Positions 19,098 through 29,167 of a stretch of 64,000 nt of DNA are shown here, one piece after another. The stretch is from Henriciella sp. (lineage in GTDB: Bacteria > Pseudomonadota > Alphaproteobacteria > Caulobacterales > Hyphomonadaceae): the NCBI GenBank assembly GCA_965279045.1, contig CBDIHJ010000032.1:290-64289 (forward strand). The letters run 5' to 3'. Below the pieces are notes generated by a model. The model was not told the DNA's origin and did not search any database. It saw only the letters and a program-made list of their open reading frames with translations. Every line of letters begins with the position of its first letter. The first letter of the stretch is position 1. A program made the translations under genes and the position numbers.

Positions 19098-20867
19098 ATG
19101 GCCTATACCGCCCCAGTTACAGATATCGCATTTGCCCTGACCCATTTGGCGGGTCTTCCAAAATTTGAAGGGCACCCCGCATTTGAGAATTATGATCCCG
19201 AATTGATTGATCCGATTCTCGATGAAGCCGGCAAACTGGCGCGCGACGTGCTCGCGCCCCTGAACCAAACAGGTGATAAGGCCGGCTCGAAACTGACTGA
19301 AAGCGGCGTGAAGGCTGCTCCGGGTTTCGCAGACGCCTATGCCGCGTTCCGAGATGGCGGTTGGATGGGGCTGTCAGCGCCGGAGGAATGGGGCGGGCAG
19401 GGCCTGCCAAAAGTGCTCGGCCTTGCTGTGATGGAGATGTTCCACAGCGCCAATATGGCGTTCGGCCTGTGCCCAATGTTGAGCTTCGGCGCGATTGAAG
19501 CGCTCCTCGCGCACGGCACGGAGGAGCAGAAAGCCCTTTATCTGCCGAAATTGGTCAGTGCGGAATGGACCGGCACCATGAACCTGACGGAGCCGCAAGC
19601 CGGCTCCGATGTTGGGGCTTTAAAGACCAAAGCGGTGCCAAACGAGGATGGCTCTTACGCGATCTCAGGCCAAAAAATCTATATCACCTGGGGCGACCAT
19701 GATGTGGCGGACAATATCATCCACCTCGTCCTCGCGCGCCTGCCCGACGCGCCCGAGGGCTCGCGCGGTGTGTCGCTGTTCATTGTCCCGAAGCGGATCG
19801 TCAATGCGGATGGCAGCCTTGGCGACGAAAATGGCGTGAAATGTATCGGGCTCGAGGAAAAAGTCGGGATCCACGCGTCTCCAACTTGTGTGATGGAATA
19901 TGAAAATGCCAAGGGCTGGCTGATTGGGGCGGAGAATAAAGGCCTGGCCTGCATGTTCACGATGATGAATTCAGCCCGCCTAAATGTCGGCCTTGAGGGC
20001 GTCGGCGTCGGCGAGGCGGCCTGGCAAGCCGCGTTTGATTACGCGCAAGAGCGCAAGCAAGGTAAAGCCGAAGGGGTTTCTGGCGCCGCACCGATCTTGC
20101 ATCATGCCGATGTTCGCCGAATGCTGACCACAATGCGCGCCAAAGTCATGGCCGCCCGGGCCATCTGCTATGCCACTGGCGTCGCGGCGGACATGGCCGA
20201 GGTTGGCCAAACGCCAGAAGCGCGCGAACAAGCCAGGCTGCGCGAAGAATTGCTCACCCCGATTGCCAAAGCCTGGTCGACCGATATGGGCGTCGAAGTG
20301 GCGAGCCTCGGTGTGCAAGTGCATGGCGGGATGGGCTTCATGAATGAAACGCTCGCCGCGCAGCTCTATCGCGATGCCCGGATCGCCCCGATCTATGAGG
20401 GCACAAATGGCATTCAGGCGATCGATCTGGCAGGGCGCAAGCTGTCCATGGCGGATGGCGCGGCGATGGACACGATGATCGCTGAGATCGACGAAACCGC
20501 CCGCCTGGCGCGCGACACGAATGATCCGAATTTAGTGCAAGTCGCCGACCGTCTGGTCGCCGCAAATGCGGCGCTCTCGGAGGCCACCACCTGGATGAAG
20601 CGAACGATGAAGGAAAACCGTGAAGTCGCTCTGGCGGGCGCGACGGCCTATCTCGCGCTCGCGGGCGACGTCATCGGCGGGCATTTTCTGACCAAAGGCG
20701 CTGTGGAGGCGCGCTCTGAGAGCGGTCAGATCCGTGGTCGGATGACGGCGCTTGCAGGCTTCTTCGCTGAAACCTCACTCGCAGCCGCTCCCGGAGCCGT
20801 CTCAAGCATCACGCATGGCGGCCAAGCCATGCTGGCTGAAAGTGACGCCCTGTTTGGGGTGGGATGA
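19098..20867 (+). CDS. Acyl-CoA dehydrogenase (long type, DmdC-like family)
   Basis: WTGTMNLTEPQAGSD, GQKIYITWG, MFTMMNSARL, QVHGGMGF, IYEGTNGIQA. Confidence 0.93.
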   Translation: MAYTAPVTDIAFALTHLAGLPKFEGHPAFENYDPELIDPILDEAGKLARDVLAPLNQTGDKAGSKLTESGVKAAPGFADAYAAFRDGGWMGLSAPEEWGGQGLPKVLGLAVMEMFHSANMAFGLCPMLSFGAIEALLAHGTEEQKALYLPKLVSAEWTGTMNLTEPQAGSDVGALKTKAVPNEDGSYAISGQKIYITWGDHDVADNIIHLVLARLPDAPEGSRGVSLFIVPKRIVNADGSLGDENGVKCIGLEEKVGIHASPTCVMEYENAKGWLIGAENKGLACMFTMMNSARLNVGLEGVGVGEAAWQAAFDYAQERKQGKAEGVSGAAPILHHADVRRMLTTMRAKVMAARAICYATGVAADMAEVGQTPEAREQARLREELLTPIAKAWSTDMGVEVASLGVQVHGGMGFMNETLAAQLYRDARIAPIYEGTNGIQAIDLAGRKLSMADGAAMDTMIAEIDETARLARDTNDPNLVQVADRLVAANAALSEATTWMKRTMKENREVALAGATAYLALAGDVIGGHFLTKGAVEARSESGQIRGRMTALAGFFAETSLAAAPGAVSSITHGGQAMLAESDALFGVG

Positions 20868-20931
20868 GCCAGTCGATTGCGATCCGCCCGTTTGGAGCGA
20901 AAGACCGGATTAGGTCCGACAAAACCTTAAA

Positions 20932-21564
20932 TTAAGAAACGCGCCACCTCGTAATTTTGTCTGAAATATCAGGGCGCATCCGCTCTTGAGGCCGGTCCTT
21001 GGCGGTGCCGAGATAGAAATAACCTGCGATCCGCTCATGCTCGGTGAGCCCTAAAAGGTCATTGATGCCGGGGCTAAAGGCGATCCATTCGGTGAGCCAG
21101 CATCCGGCCCAGCCGCTGGCATTGGCGGCGAGAAGTAGATTGAAACAGACGGCGCCGCACGAGAGCTCTTGTTCCCAAACTGGGGTTTTGTGCGTCGGAT
21201 CCGGCGACGAGATGACCGCCACAATGCTCGGGGCGCGGGTAAAATAAGAGGCGGTATCGGCCAGCATCGTCTCCGTCGCCTCGGGATTTTCCTGCTTCTG
21301 GATTTCAACCGCGGCGGCATTGAACCGTTCGCGCGCGTCGCCCTCAAAGACCAAAAAGCGCCAGGGGGCCAGTCGGCGGTGATCCGGAACCCGGGTTGCG
21401 ACCGTAAGCAATTCATCCAGTTCGGTTGAGCTCGGTCCCGGCGCGCCTAAAGCGCGTTTGCTGATCGAGCGCCGCAAGCCAATCACTTGCCGCGCTTCAA
21501 CGCTAGGACGGGTCGGCAACATGGGGGTGCCGAGCGGTGGTGCAGGCGGAAAAAGTGCAGTCAT
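20932..21564 (-). CDS. Nitroreductase family protein (YdjA-like)
   Basis: RRS, RVPDHRRLAPWRF, WEQELSCGA, GWAGCWLT, IAGYFYLG. Confidence 0.92.
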   Translation of the reverse strand: MTALFPPAPPLGTPMLPTRPSVEARQVIGLRRSISKRALGAPGPSSTELDELLTVATRVPDHRRLAPWRFLVFEGDARERFNAAAVEIQKQENPEATETMLADTASYFTRAPSIVAVISSPDPTHKTPVWEQELSCGAVCFNLLLAANASGWAGCWLTEWIAFSPGINDLLGLTEHERIAGYFYLGTAKDRPQERMRPDISDKITRWRVS

Positions 21565-21610
21565 CCCTCGCACTTAGACACTCATTGAAGAATTACCAGT
21601 CAGCTATTTG

Positions 21611-21627
21611 AGTGAACAGTGTTTACT
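21611..21627. promoter_or_regulatory. Imperfect palindrome, candidate TetR operator
   Basis: AGTGAACA-G-TGTTTACT in the divergent intergenic region, 42 bp upstream of the TetR start. Confidence 0.5.
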
Positions 21628-21669
21628 TTTTGAACGGGTGTACTATCTGTGGTGCAAAGGGTCCATAAG

Positions 21670-22323
21670 ATGACTGTAAGCGTTTCCTCCCCGGCCGAGC
21701 GCCGACGCAATAAAATCCGCGCCCGCATCCTCACGGCGGCCGAGCAAGTCTTTGCGCGCGAAGGCGCCGCGGGCTTGTCGATCCGTCGTTTGGCCGAAAA
21801 TATCGATTACTCTCCTGCGGCGATCTACAAATATTTCAAATCCAAAGACGAACTGGTCGACGAGCTGAAAGAGACCTTCTTTGAGCTCATCCTTGAGAAC
21901 GTCCATCGCATCACAGAGAAATCAACACCATTTGCCGAGCGCGCGCGTGATTGCGTCGCGACCTATGTCCAGATCGCCACGGAAAAGCCGTATCACTATG
22001 CGGCGGCTTTCGCCGGAGAGGCGGTCCCCGAAGGCCCCGTCGACGGTGAACCTGGGTTCGACACGTCGAAAAAGGGGCGCGCGTTTAATGTGTTACGCGG
22101 CATGATTGCGGAAGGCGTTGAGATTGGCGCGTTCCGTTCCGACATCGACCCGTCTTTGGCGGCGAAATCTGTATGGGCGTCGATGCATGGCCTGACCATG
22201 ATGATCGTCCACATCCCAACTTTCCCCGCGTTCAAGCCAGACCAAACAACGCTGGCGCGCGAAGATTTTATTCAGTTTCACGCCGATCAAGTGATCCGCG
22301 GATTGGAGGCACACCATGGGTGA
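21670..22323 (+). CDS. TetR/AcrR family transcriptional regulator (WHG/TetR_C_33-like C-terminus)
   Basis: ILTAAEQVF..GLSIRRLAENIDYSPAAIYKYFKSKDEL HTH; WASMHGL. Confidence 0.93.
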   Translation: MTVSVSSPAERRRNKIRARILTAAEQVFAREGAAGLSIRRLAENIDYSPAAIYKYFKSKDELVDELKETFFELILENVHRITEKSTPFAERARDCVATYVQIATEKPYHYAAAFAGEAVPEGPVDGEPGFDTSKKGRAFNVLRGMIAEGVEIGAFRSDIDPSLAAKSVWASMHGLTMMIVHIPTFPAFKPDQTTLAREDFIQFHADQVIRGLEAHHG

Positions 22324-23503
22324 GCAAATGCAAGAGTACGACATGACAGACAGAACGTCTCGGCCGACCTTTGGACGGGGGCTGATTTTTATTTTGGTGA
22401 TCCTCGGGGTCGGCGCACTGCTCGCCTTCTTCGTTCTGCAAAATCGATCCATTGATGGACCGCTCGTGCCGCAGGATCGACCTGTGCCGATTGCGGTTTC
22501 AACGATCTCCGCGACGGTCCAGCCGGCGTTTAAAGTCGAAGAAAAGTTCACCGGTATCGTGACGCCGCGGCGGACCAGTCAGCTGGGATTTGCAACCGGG
22601 GGTCGGGTCGATGATCTCCGTGCGGACATTGGCGATCGGGTCAATGAGGGGCAAACGCTGGCCGTGCTCGACACTCGGACCTTGCGGGCGCAATTGGCGT
22701 CAGCCGAAGCCGTGATTGCCGAGGCGCGCGCAGCCTATGATCTCGCCGAAACGACCGTGGATCGTCAGATTTCGCTCTTAGAGCGGGGTCATGTTTCGAG
22801 CCAAGTCGTAGATGAGGCCCGCGCTCAATCAAACACAGCACGCGCCCGCATTGCAGCGGCACAAGCAAATGCCGACGCCTTACGCGTACAAATCGATTTG
22901 GCGCGCATTTCGGCGCCGTTTGCGGGCACGGTAACCAATCGCATGGCCGACGAGGGCGCCATTGCGGGGCCAGGCCAATCCATCTTCGAATTGGTAGAAA
23001 CGGACCATCTCGAAGCCCGTATCGGTCTCACCGCGCGGCTTGCTGACCAGCTGGAAGTGGGTGAAACCTATCCGCTGATTTCCGATCAAGGCACAGCGCT
23101 GGCGACCTTGCGCTCGGTGACGGGCGTCATCGATGCGAGCAACCGGACCGTCACCACTGTGTTTGACGTGGACGACCCAAATGCCGTCGCCGCCGGCGCC
23201 GTCGTGCGCCTCGGATTGGAGCGGGATATCAATGAGCCTGGGCTATGGTTGCCTGTCTCCGCCTTGACCGAGGCTGATCGCGGCCTGTGGTCGATTTACA
23301 AAGTGCGCGGCAGCCGTGGAAATTTTGCGGCGGAACCGGGAATTGTTGAAATCCTCCACCAAGACGGTGAACGGGTGTTCGTGCGCGGATCGATCCGCGA
23401 TGGCGACCGCGTGATCATTGATGGATTACAACGGATCACTCCGGGACAGCCGGTGACCCCAGTGGATACCAATACGGTCGGCCTCGTTGCCGGAAACGGA
23501 TAA
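22316..23503 (+). CDS. RND efflux periplasmic adaptor (membrane fusion protein)
   Basis: N-terminal TM; GDRVNEGQTLAVLD lipoyl half-motif, alpha-hairpin, ISAPFAG, GDRVIIDG. Confidence 0.92.
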   Translation: MGEQMQEYDMTDRTSRPTFGRGLIFILVILGVGALLAFFVLQNRSIDGPLVPQDRPVPIAVSTISATVQPAFKVEEKFTGIVTPRRTSQLGFATGGRVDDLRADIGDRVNEGQTLAVLDTRTLRAQLASAEAVIAEARAAYDLAETTVDRQISLLERGHVSSQVVDEARAQSNTARARIAAAQANADALRVQIDLARISAPFAGTVTNRMADEGAIAGPGQSIFELVETDHLEARIGLTARLADQLEVGETYPLISDQGTALATLRSVTGVIDASNRTVTTVFDVDDPNAVAAGAVVRLGLERDINEPGLWLPVSALTEADRGLWSIYKVRGSRGNFAAEPGIVEILHQDGERVFVRGSIRDGDRVIIDGLQRITPGQPVTPVDTNTVGLVAGNG

Positions 23504-23508
23504 GAATC

Positions 23509-26500
23509 ATGACAACGCTTTTCTATCGCCTCCCGCGACTGACCATGTTGGCCGTGCTGGTCGCGTTGATCAGTGGGTTCTTCGCCATCCTCACACTTGG
23601 GCGGCAAGAAGATCCGACACTCGTAGAACGCTTTGGGTTCGTCCTCACGACGCTGCCAGGCGCCGATGCGGAACGTATTGAATCGACCGTAACAGAGCCG
23701 ATTGAGCGCCGCCTATTAGAGCTGCCAGAAGTCTCCGAGACAGAATCCACCTCCCGCGCCAATACGTCACAAATTTCGATCGAGATTGATGAGAGTTTAT
23801 CGGCGACCGAAGTCGATAATGCGTGGACCCTAATCCGCCAGCAGGTGCAGCTTGCTGAGCCAGATTTGCCCCAGGGCGCCTCTCGCCCGTTTGTGCGTCG
23901 AGTTTATGTTGGCGCGGCCACAATGACCGTGGCGCTCACTTGGGAAGGGGAGGGCGAGCCTGGGCTGGCGGTCATGTCCCGCCTGGCTGAAGTTTTAGAA
24001 GACCGGTTCCGCGGCCTCAACGCGACTGAAGAAACCGAGATTATGGGTCTGCCGGAAGAGGAAGTCCGCGTGATCGCAGATCCTGAAGCCCTCGCGGCCG
24101 CGGGGCTTTCCATGAATGATGCAGCTCGCTTGATTGGCGCTGCGGATGCGAAGGCGCCCGCCGGTGAAGTGCGGGGCAGCTCGAGCAATCTCGGTCTCGA
24201 GATTGGCGGTGAGTTTGACGGGGTCGCGCGGATCCGTTCAATCCCGCTGGTGCAATCGCCCAATGGGACGGCCTTACGGGTCGGCGATGTTGCCGAAGTC
24301 GTGAAGGGCGTTGAAGACCCTCCCACCAAGCTCGCCTTCAGCAATGGCAAACGCGCCGTCTTTGTCACCGCTTACATCTCGTCCAATCAACGTGTGGATG
24401 TCTGGGCCAAGAATGCGCGGGCTATGGTGGAAGACTTTGCGACAACCGTACCGTCGGACATTTCTGTGACGCCGATCTTTGATCAGAGCAAATACACGGA
24501 ATCTCGCCTCAACGGGCTGGCGCAAAATTTGGTGATTTCTGCCTTCTTAGTCTTCGCGGTTCTGTTCTTTGTGATGGGCTGGCGGGCGGCCATCGTCGTC
24601 GGCATGGCCTTGCCACTGACCGTGGCTCTCGTGCTGACTTTGTTCAAGTTTTTCAACTTCCCACTGCACCAGATGTCCGTCACGGGACTTGTGATTTCGC
24701 TGGGGCTTTTGATCGATAATGCGATCGTTGTCGTCGACGAATATGATCAAGAGAGACTGGATGGGCACTCGATTACAGAGTCGATTGATCGGTCATTGAA
24801 GAAACTGTTCGGGCCACTTTTCGCCTCAACCCTGACCACAGCGCTCGCATTTGCCCCGATCGCTTTCATGCCCGGTGGTGCGGGGGAATTTATCGGCATG
24901 ATCGGCACCTCGGTCGTGTTCTCGGTCGTTATGTCATTCATCATTGCGATGACCGTCATTCCTGCGCTCGCAGGGATTTTGGATCGTCCACGCCAGCCTG
25001 GTGAGCGACACCTCTTCTGGCGCGACGGGATCAAGTTTGATGTGGTTACCGATGGCTATCGTTGGAGCATTGAGCGTGTCTTGCGCAATCCCTTGCTTGG
25101 CATCTTCTTAGGGCTCGTTCCTGTCGGCGTCGGCTTTTATCTCGCGGGACAGCTACCAAGCCAATTCTTCCCGCAAACCGAACGGGATCAGTTCCAGGTA
25201 GAGATCACGCTTAATCCGCAAGCGACCATCTATGAAGCTGAACGAATGGCCCAAGACGTGAACACGCTGCTCCGGGATCAGTATCCCGATATCGAAGGGG
25301 TTCACTTTGTCGTCGGCGAACCGGGACCGCGTGTCTACTATAACAGCTTCAACAATACCGAAGGCGTTGCGGGCTATGCCAGTGGCTTCGTTCAGCTCGG
25401 CAATAATGAGACGACCCGCATCCTGGTGAGCGATGTGCAGGAAACCCTGCGGCAGACTTTCCCGGAGGCGCAAATCCTCGCCACCCCGTTTGAGCAAGGC
25501 CCACCAACGCCGGCGCCCATCGCTTTCTATCTGCGCGGCGAGAACCTCGCGACGTTGAACGAACTCGGCAACCATGCCCGGCAAATTCTGGCGCAAACCC
25601 CAGGTGTGACCTTTACCAGCGCACAGCTGCAAATGGGCGCTCCGATCGTCACCTTGCAAGCTGATGAGACCGCAACCGCGATGTCTGGCCTGCGTCTGAC
25701 GGGTTTGGCGAGCGATATTCGAGCCGAACTGGAAGGCGTTCCAGCAGGGTCAATCTTGGAAGGGATTGAAGAAATTCCCGTCCGCGTGATCGCGCCCGCA
25801 GATCGACGTTCGGAAATCTCGGACCTACGCTCCAAAACGATTGGCAATATGCGCAATGGTGAAGGCACGCCGATTTCTGCTCTGGGCGAGCTAACGCTGG
25901 AACCTGAGACGGCGAGTATCCGCCGGCTCGATGGGCGACGGGTCAATCAGATTTTGGCCTATACGGTCCCCTATGCGCTGCCCAATCCGATCAATTCCGA
26001 GTTCAAACGCAGGCTTGATGAAGCTGGTTTTGAACTGCCGGTTGGCTATGACTGGATTGAATCCGGGACGGCCAGCAATGGCGCTGAAGCGATGGCAAAC
26101 TTAGCCAGCCTCGCCGTGCCACTGACGCTGGTGATGCTGGGCGCAGTGGCCTTGGTGTTCAACTCCTTCCGTTTGGCCTTCCTGGTCATGGGGGTTGGTG
26201 TGATGTCGATGGGCATGGCTTTTGGCGGGGTGTGGATGTTCAACTTGCCACTCGGCTTTAACGCCATCCTCGGTGCGCTCGGGCTCCTTGGGATCGCCAT
26301 TAATGGCACGATCGTCGTCTTGGCATTGCTGACCGGCAATGAGGCGGCCCGCAATGATGACATCATCGCTCAGCGTGAAGTTGTGGTTGGTGCGACCCGT
26401 CACATCGTTGCGACGACGCTGACCACGATGGGCGGCTTTGTGCCGATCATCCTGCAGGGCGACGTGTTCTGGATGCCGCTGGCGACCGGTATTGCGGGCG

Positions 26501-26640
26501 GTGTGGCCGGTGCGGCGATCCTAGCGCTTTACTTCACGCCAGCCGTGTATCGGATCATGACCATGAAGCCGATCAGCCGGATGTTCCGGATGATGAGCGG
26601 TCGCGGCTGGGAGCACCCTGCGCGGGTCCCAGCGGAATAA
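23509..26640 (+). CDS. RND efflux transporter permease (AcrB/AcrD/AcrF family)
   Basis: 1043 aa; RQEDP, PGADAERIE, LGLLIDNAIVV, STLTT..AF.P, FFPQTER, RHIVATTLTT. Confidence 0.94.
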   Translation: MTTLFYRLPRLTMLAVLVALISGFFAILTLGRQEDPTLVERFGFVLTTLPGADAERIESTVTEPIERRLLELPEVSETESTSRANTSQISIEIDESLSATEVDNAWTLIRQQVQLAEPDLPQGASRPFVRRVYVGAATMTVALTWEGEGEPGLAVMSRLAEVLEDRFRGLNATEETEIMGLPEEEVRVIADPEALAAAGLSMNDAARLIGAADAKAPAGEVRGSSSNLGLEIGGEFDGVARIRSIPLVQSPNGTALRVGDVAEVVKGVEDPPTKLAFSNGKRAVFVTAYISSNQRVDVWAKNARAMVEDFATTVPSDISVTPIFDQSKYTESRLNGLAQNLVISAFLVFAVLFFVMGWRAAIVVGMALPLTVALVLTLFKFFNFPLHQMSVTGLVISLGLLIDNAIVVVDEYDQERLDGHSITESIDRSLKKLFGPLFASTLTTALAFAPIAFMPGGAGEFIGMIGTSVVFSVVMSFIIAMTVIPALAGILDRPRQPGERHLFWRDGIKFDVVTDGYRWSIERVLRNPLLGIFLGLVPVGVGFYLAGQLPSQFFPQTERDQFQVEITLNPQATIYEAERMAQDVNTLLRDQYPDIEGVHFVVGEPGPRVYYNSFNNTEGVAGYASGFVQLGNNETTRILVSDVQETLRQTFPEAQILATPFEQGPPTPAPIAFYLRGENLATLNELGNHARQILAQTPGVTFTSAQLQMGAPIVTLQADETATAMSGLRLTGLASDIRAELEGVPAGSILEGIEEIPVRVIAPADRRSEISDLRSKTIGNMRNGEGTPISALGELTLEPETASIRRLDGRRVNQILAYTVPYALPNPINSEFKRRLDEAGFELPVGYDWIESGTASNGAEAMANLASLAVPLTLVMLGAVALVFNSFRLAFLVMGVGVMSMGMAFGGVWMFNLPLGFNAILGALGLLGIAINGTIVVLALLTGNEAARNDDIIAQREVVVGATRHIVATTLTTMGGFVPIILQGDVFWMPLATGIAGGVAGAAILALYFTPAVYRIMTMKPISRMFRMMSGRGWEHPARVPAE

Positions 26641-26641
26641 G

Positions 26642-26681
26642 AAAAAAGCCCCGCAAGCCATCTGCGGGGCTTCTTTATTTT
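26642..26681. terminator. Bidirectional rho-independent terminator
   Basis: AAGCCCCGCA-loop-TGCGGGGCTT flanked by an A-run and a T-rich tail, between the convergent RND and TonB receptor genes. Confidence 0.8.
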
Positions 26682-26698
26682 AGGCTTAGGCGCTCGCT

Positions 26699-28951
26699 TT
26701 AGAACGTGTAGCCGACCTCAATCCCCCAGGTCCGCGGCTCGTTGACGAAGCCGGTCAGGTTATTGAAGTCGATGCCGCCTTCCAGCACCAACTCATCGGT
26801 GAGATTGCGCACAAACGCAGAGACCGCGACGCCATTGTCGCCTTCCCATCCAGCGCGCAATCCGCCCAGCCAGTAGCCGTCTTCTGCGAATTCAATGCTT
26901 TCATACAGGAAGAAATTGGTTTCGCCTTTAAACGCCCAATCGGTGAAGACATAGAGCTCACCATTGCGGAACGGGACGCCATAACGGGCGGTAAAGTTGG
27001 CGATCCATTCTGGCGCGTTCGGGAAGGAGTTGCCCGAAATGTTGAAGAAGGTCTGGCCATCAACTGTGACAGTCGGATCAAGTACGGTACAAGGCGCGCC
27101 GCAGCCCGGCGCTAACAAGACGTCATCTTTGATCTCAGTCTTGTTGTAAGACAGTCCGCCTGTGACGATGAGATTGTCGGTGAGCAAAGCTTCGACATCC
27201 GCTTCGAACCCGTAGCCTTCACTCTCATCCGCATTGAACAGCGCGACCGTATTGTCCAAACCGCCGACAATGGTCAGCTGCTGGTCTTCTAGGGTGTAGA
27301 AGAAGACGTTGGCATTGGCGCGGACACGGTTCTCGTAAAGCTCAGATTTCACGCCAGCTTCGTAAGACAGAACCGTTTCGCTGTCGGCGCTGGAGATATT
27401 GTCGCCAAACACCAAGCGGCCTTGCACCGAGGGGCCGCGGAACCCGCGAGAGATTTTGGCGTAGTAAGACAGGTCTTCTGATGCCTTATAAGTCGCCGAG
27501 AGGTCCCAGCTGAACTGATCATCGCCGACCGTTACGGTCCGCGGCGCAAGCGCCCCCGATCCAAACGGTCCGATGGAGCGTCCGGCGGTAAATTCTTTTT
27601 CTTCGTCTGTGTAACGCAGACCACCCGCCAGGGTGACGTTTTCGGACACATCATAAGCGACCGAGGCAAAGATACCCGTCGAGTCTGTGTCCTGATTGCG
27701 CAAGGCCTCGCCGTTGAGGGGCTGTCCTGGGGCAAGCGTGTCGAAGCTGAACGAAGAGATATTCACTTTCTCATCGAACAGGAAGACACCAGCCTGGCCT
27801 CGAACCGGGCCACCCTCATCAAAGGCGATGCGGGCTTCGTGTGTGACCTGGCGCAGATCGTCGACGCCGCCAGCACTTTCAGACGGGAAGGGGATAAAGC
27901 CTGGGCCAAAATTGCCAGCGCCGAGGAAGCCGGCACCGAAGCCGCCATCAATGTCACCGCGCGAGAACACTTCGGCGGTCTCGTAGCCATAGACATAGGT
28001 GAAGTCCAAACTGTCGGATAATTCGTGGTCGACCCGCAAGGTCAGCCCGTAAGCGTCTTGTTCAAGTTCGTTCTGTCCGTCGAAGAAAACCGTATCGAAG
28101 TCAAAGCTGCTCGAAAGACCACGGGAGCCTTGGTCGATAATATTGGCGCGGAAGAGACGCGCATCACTGTCATTTTGACGACCATGCAGGTTGATCAACA
28201 CATCCGTTGTCGGCAGCGGTGACCAAAGCGCTTGGATGCGCGCAGCAGATTCTTCGAAACCTTCGAAAGCATCGTTCTCACCCGTGAAGGCATTATCGAC
28301 AAAGTCATCGCGCTGTTGGAACACGCCAGAGAAGCGCAGCGCCAGTTGCTCATTCACGCGGAACCCAACGGCCCCTTCAAGTTCGATCGTATTATACTCG
28401 CCATAAGAGGCGCGGGCATAGCCGTTTGTGTCTTCGCCGGGTTTGACGCTGTCAAACTTGATTATGCCGCCGGGCGTGTTGCGGCCGAACAAGGTGCCTT
28501 GCGGGCCGCGCAGCACCTCTACCGCTTCGACGTCGAAGACCGGATAGCCTTTCAGGATAGGGTTCTCATACGGTACATCATCGTAAACCAGGGAAACCGG
28601 CTGCGACGAGTTCAAGTCGAAATCCGTGTTGCCGATGCCGCGGATGTAAAAGCGTGGGAAAGCACGCCCAAATGAGCTTTCGGCGATCACAGATGGAACG
28701 CGCGCGGACAGGAAGCGAATGTCTGCGCCACCGGCTTTGATATTGTCGAGCTTTTCGTCCGAGACCGTCGTGATTGAGATTGGGACATCTTGCGCGTCTT
28801 GCTCAACGCGTTGTGCGGTGGTGACGACCGGGTCGAGACGCCGCGCGTCGGTGCCGCCTGTATCTTGAGCAAAAGCAGGAATAGCGGTCAGACCAGCGAC
28901 GACAATCGCGGCTGAGGTGATTTTCAGGGAGGATTTGAGAGACATCAGCAT
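26699..28951 (-). CDS. TonB-dependent receptor
   Basis: Signal peptide; VVTTAQRVEQDAQDVPISI plug start, IRGIG, VEVLRGPQGTLFGRNTPGG; terminal PRTWGIEVGYTF. Confidence 0.95.
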   Translation of the reverse strand: MLMSLKSSLKITSAAIVVAGLTAIPAFAQDTGGTDARRLDPVVTTAQRVEQDAQDVPISITTVSDEKLDNIKAGGADIRFLSARVPSVIAESSFGRAFPRFYIRGIGNTDFDLNSSQPVSLVYDDVPYENPILKGYPVFDVEAVEVLRGPQGTLFGRNTPGGIIKFDSVKPGEDTNGYARASYGEYNTIELEGAVGFRVNEQLALRFSGVFQQRDDFVDNAFTGENDAFEGFEESAARIQALWSPLPTTDVLINLHGRQNDSDARLFRANIIDQGSRGLSSSFDFDTVFFDGQNELEQDAYGLTLRVDHELSDSLDFTYVYGYETAEVFSRGDIDGGFGAGFLGAGNFGPGFIPFPSESAGGVDDLRQVTHEARIAFDEGGPVRGQAGVFLFDEKVNISSFSFDTLAPGQPLNGEALRNQDTDSTGIFASVAYDVSENVTLAGGLRYTDEEKEFTAGRSIGPFGSGALAPRTVTVGDDQFSWDLSATYKASEDLSYYAKISRGFRGPSVQGRLVFGDNISSADSETVLSYEAGVKSELYENRVRANANVFFYTLEDQQLTIVGGLDNTVALFNADESEGYGFEADVEALLTDNLIVTGGLSYNKTEIKDDVLLAPGCGAPCTVLDPTVTVDGQTFFNISGNSFPNAPEWIANFTARYGVPFRNGELYVFTDWAFKGETNFFLYESIEFAEDGYWLGGLRAGWEGDNGVAVSAFVRNLTDELVLEGGIDFNNLTGFVNEPRTWGIEVGYTF

Positions 28952-29167
28952 ATCACTTTCTGTCAGCGTTCGGAGCGTCTTTCCGTAAGACGCTTTCGAA
29001 GGCCGAATAGGCTGGCCTTAACCTTTTCGACAAGGCGGCGAACGCCGTAATGAGTGTAAAAAAGGTTACATTGCCCCAGTGTGTGGCGCGATAGTCACTG
29101 TTTGTGACAGTGGGCGCGCCCAATAGAACGCGCCCACCTCGTTTTTAGCCCGAATTTGGTCTGCTAA

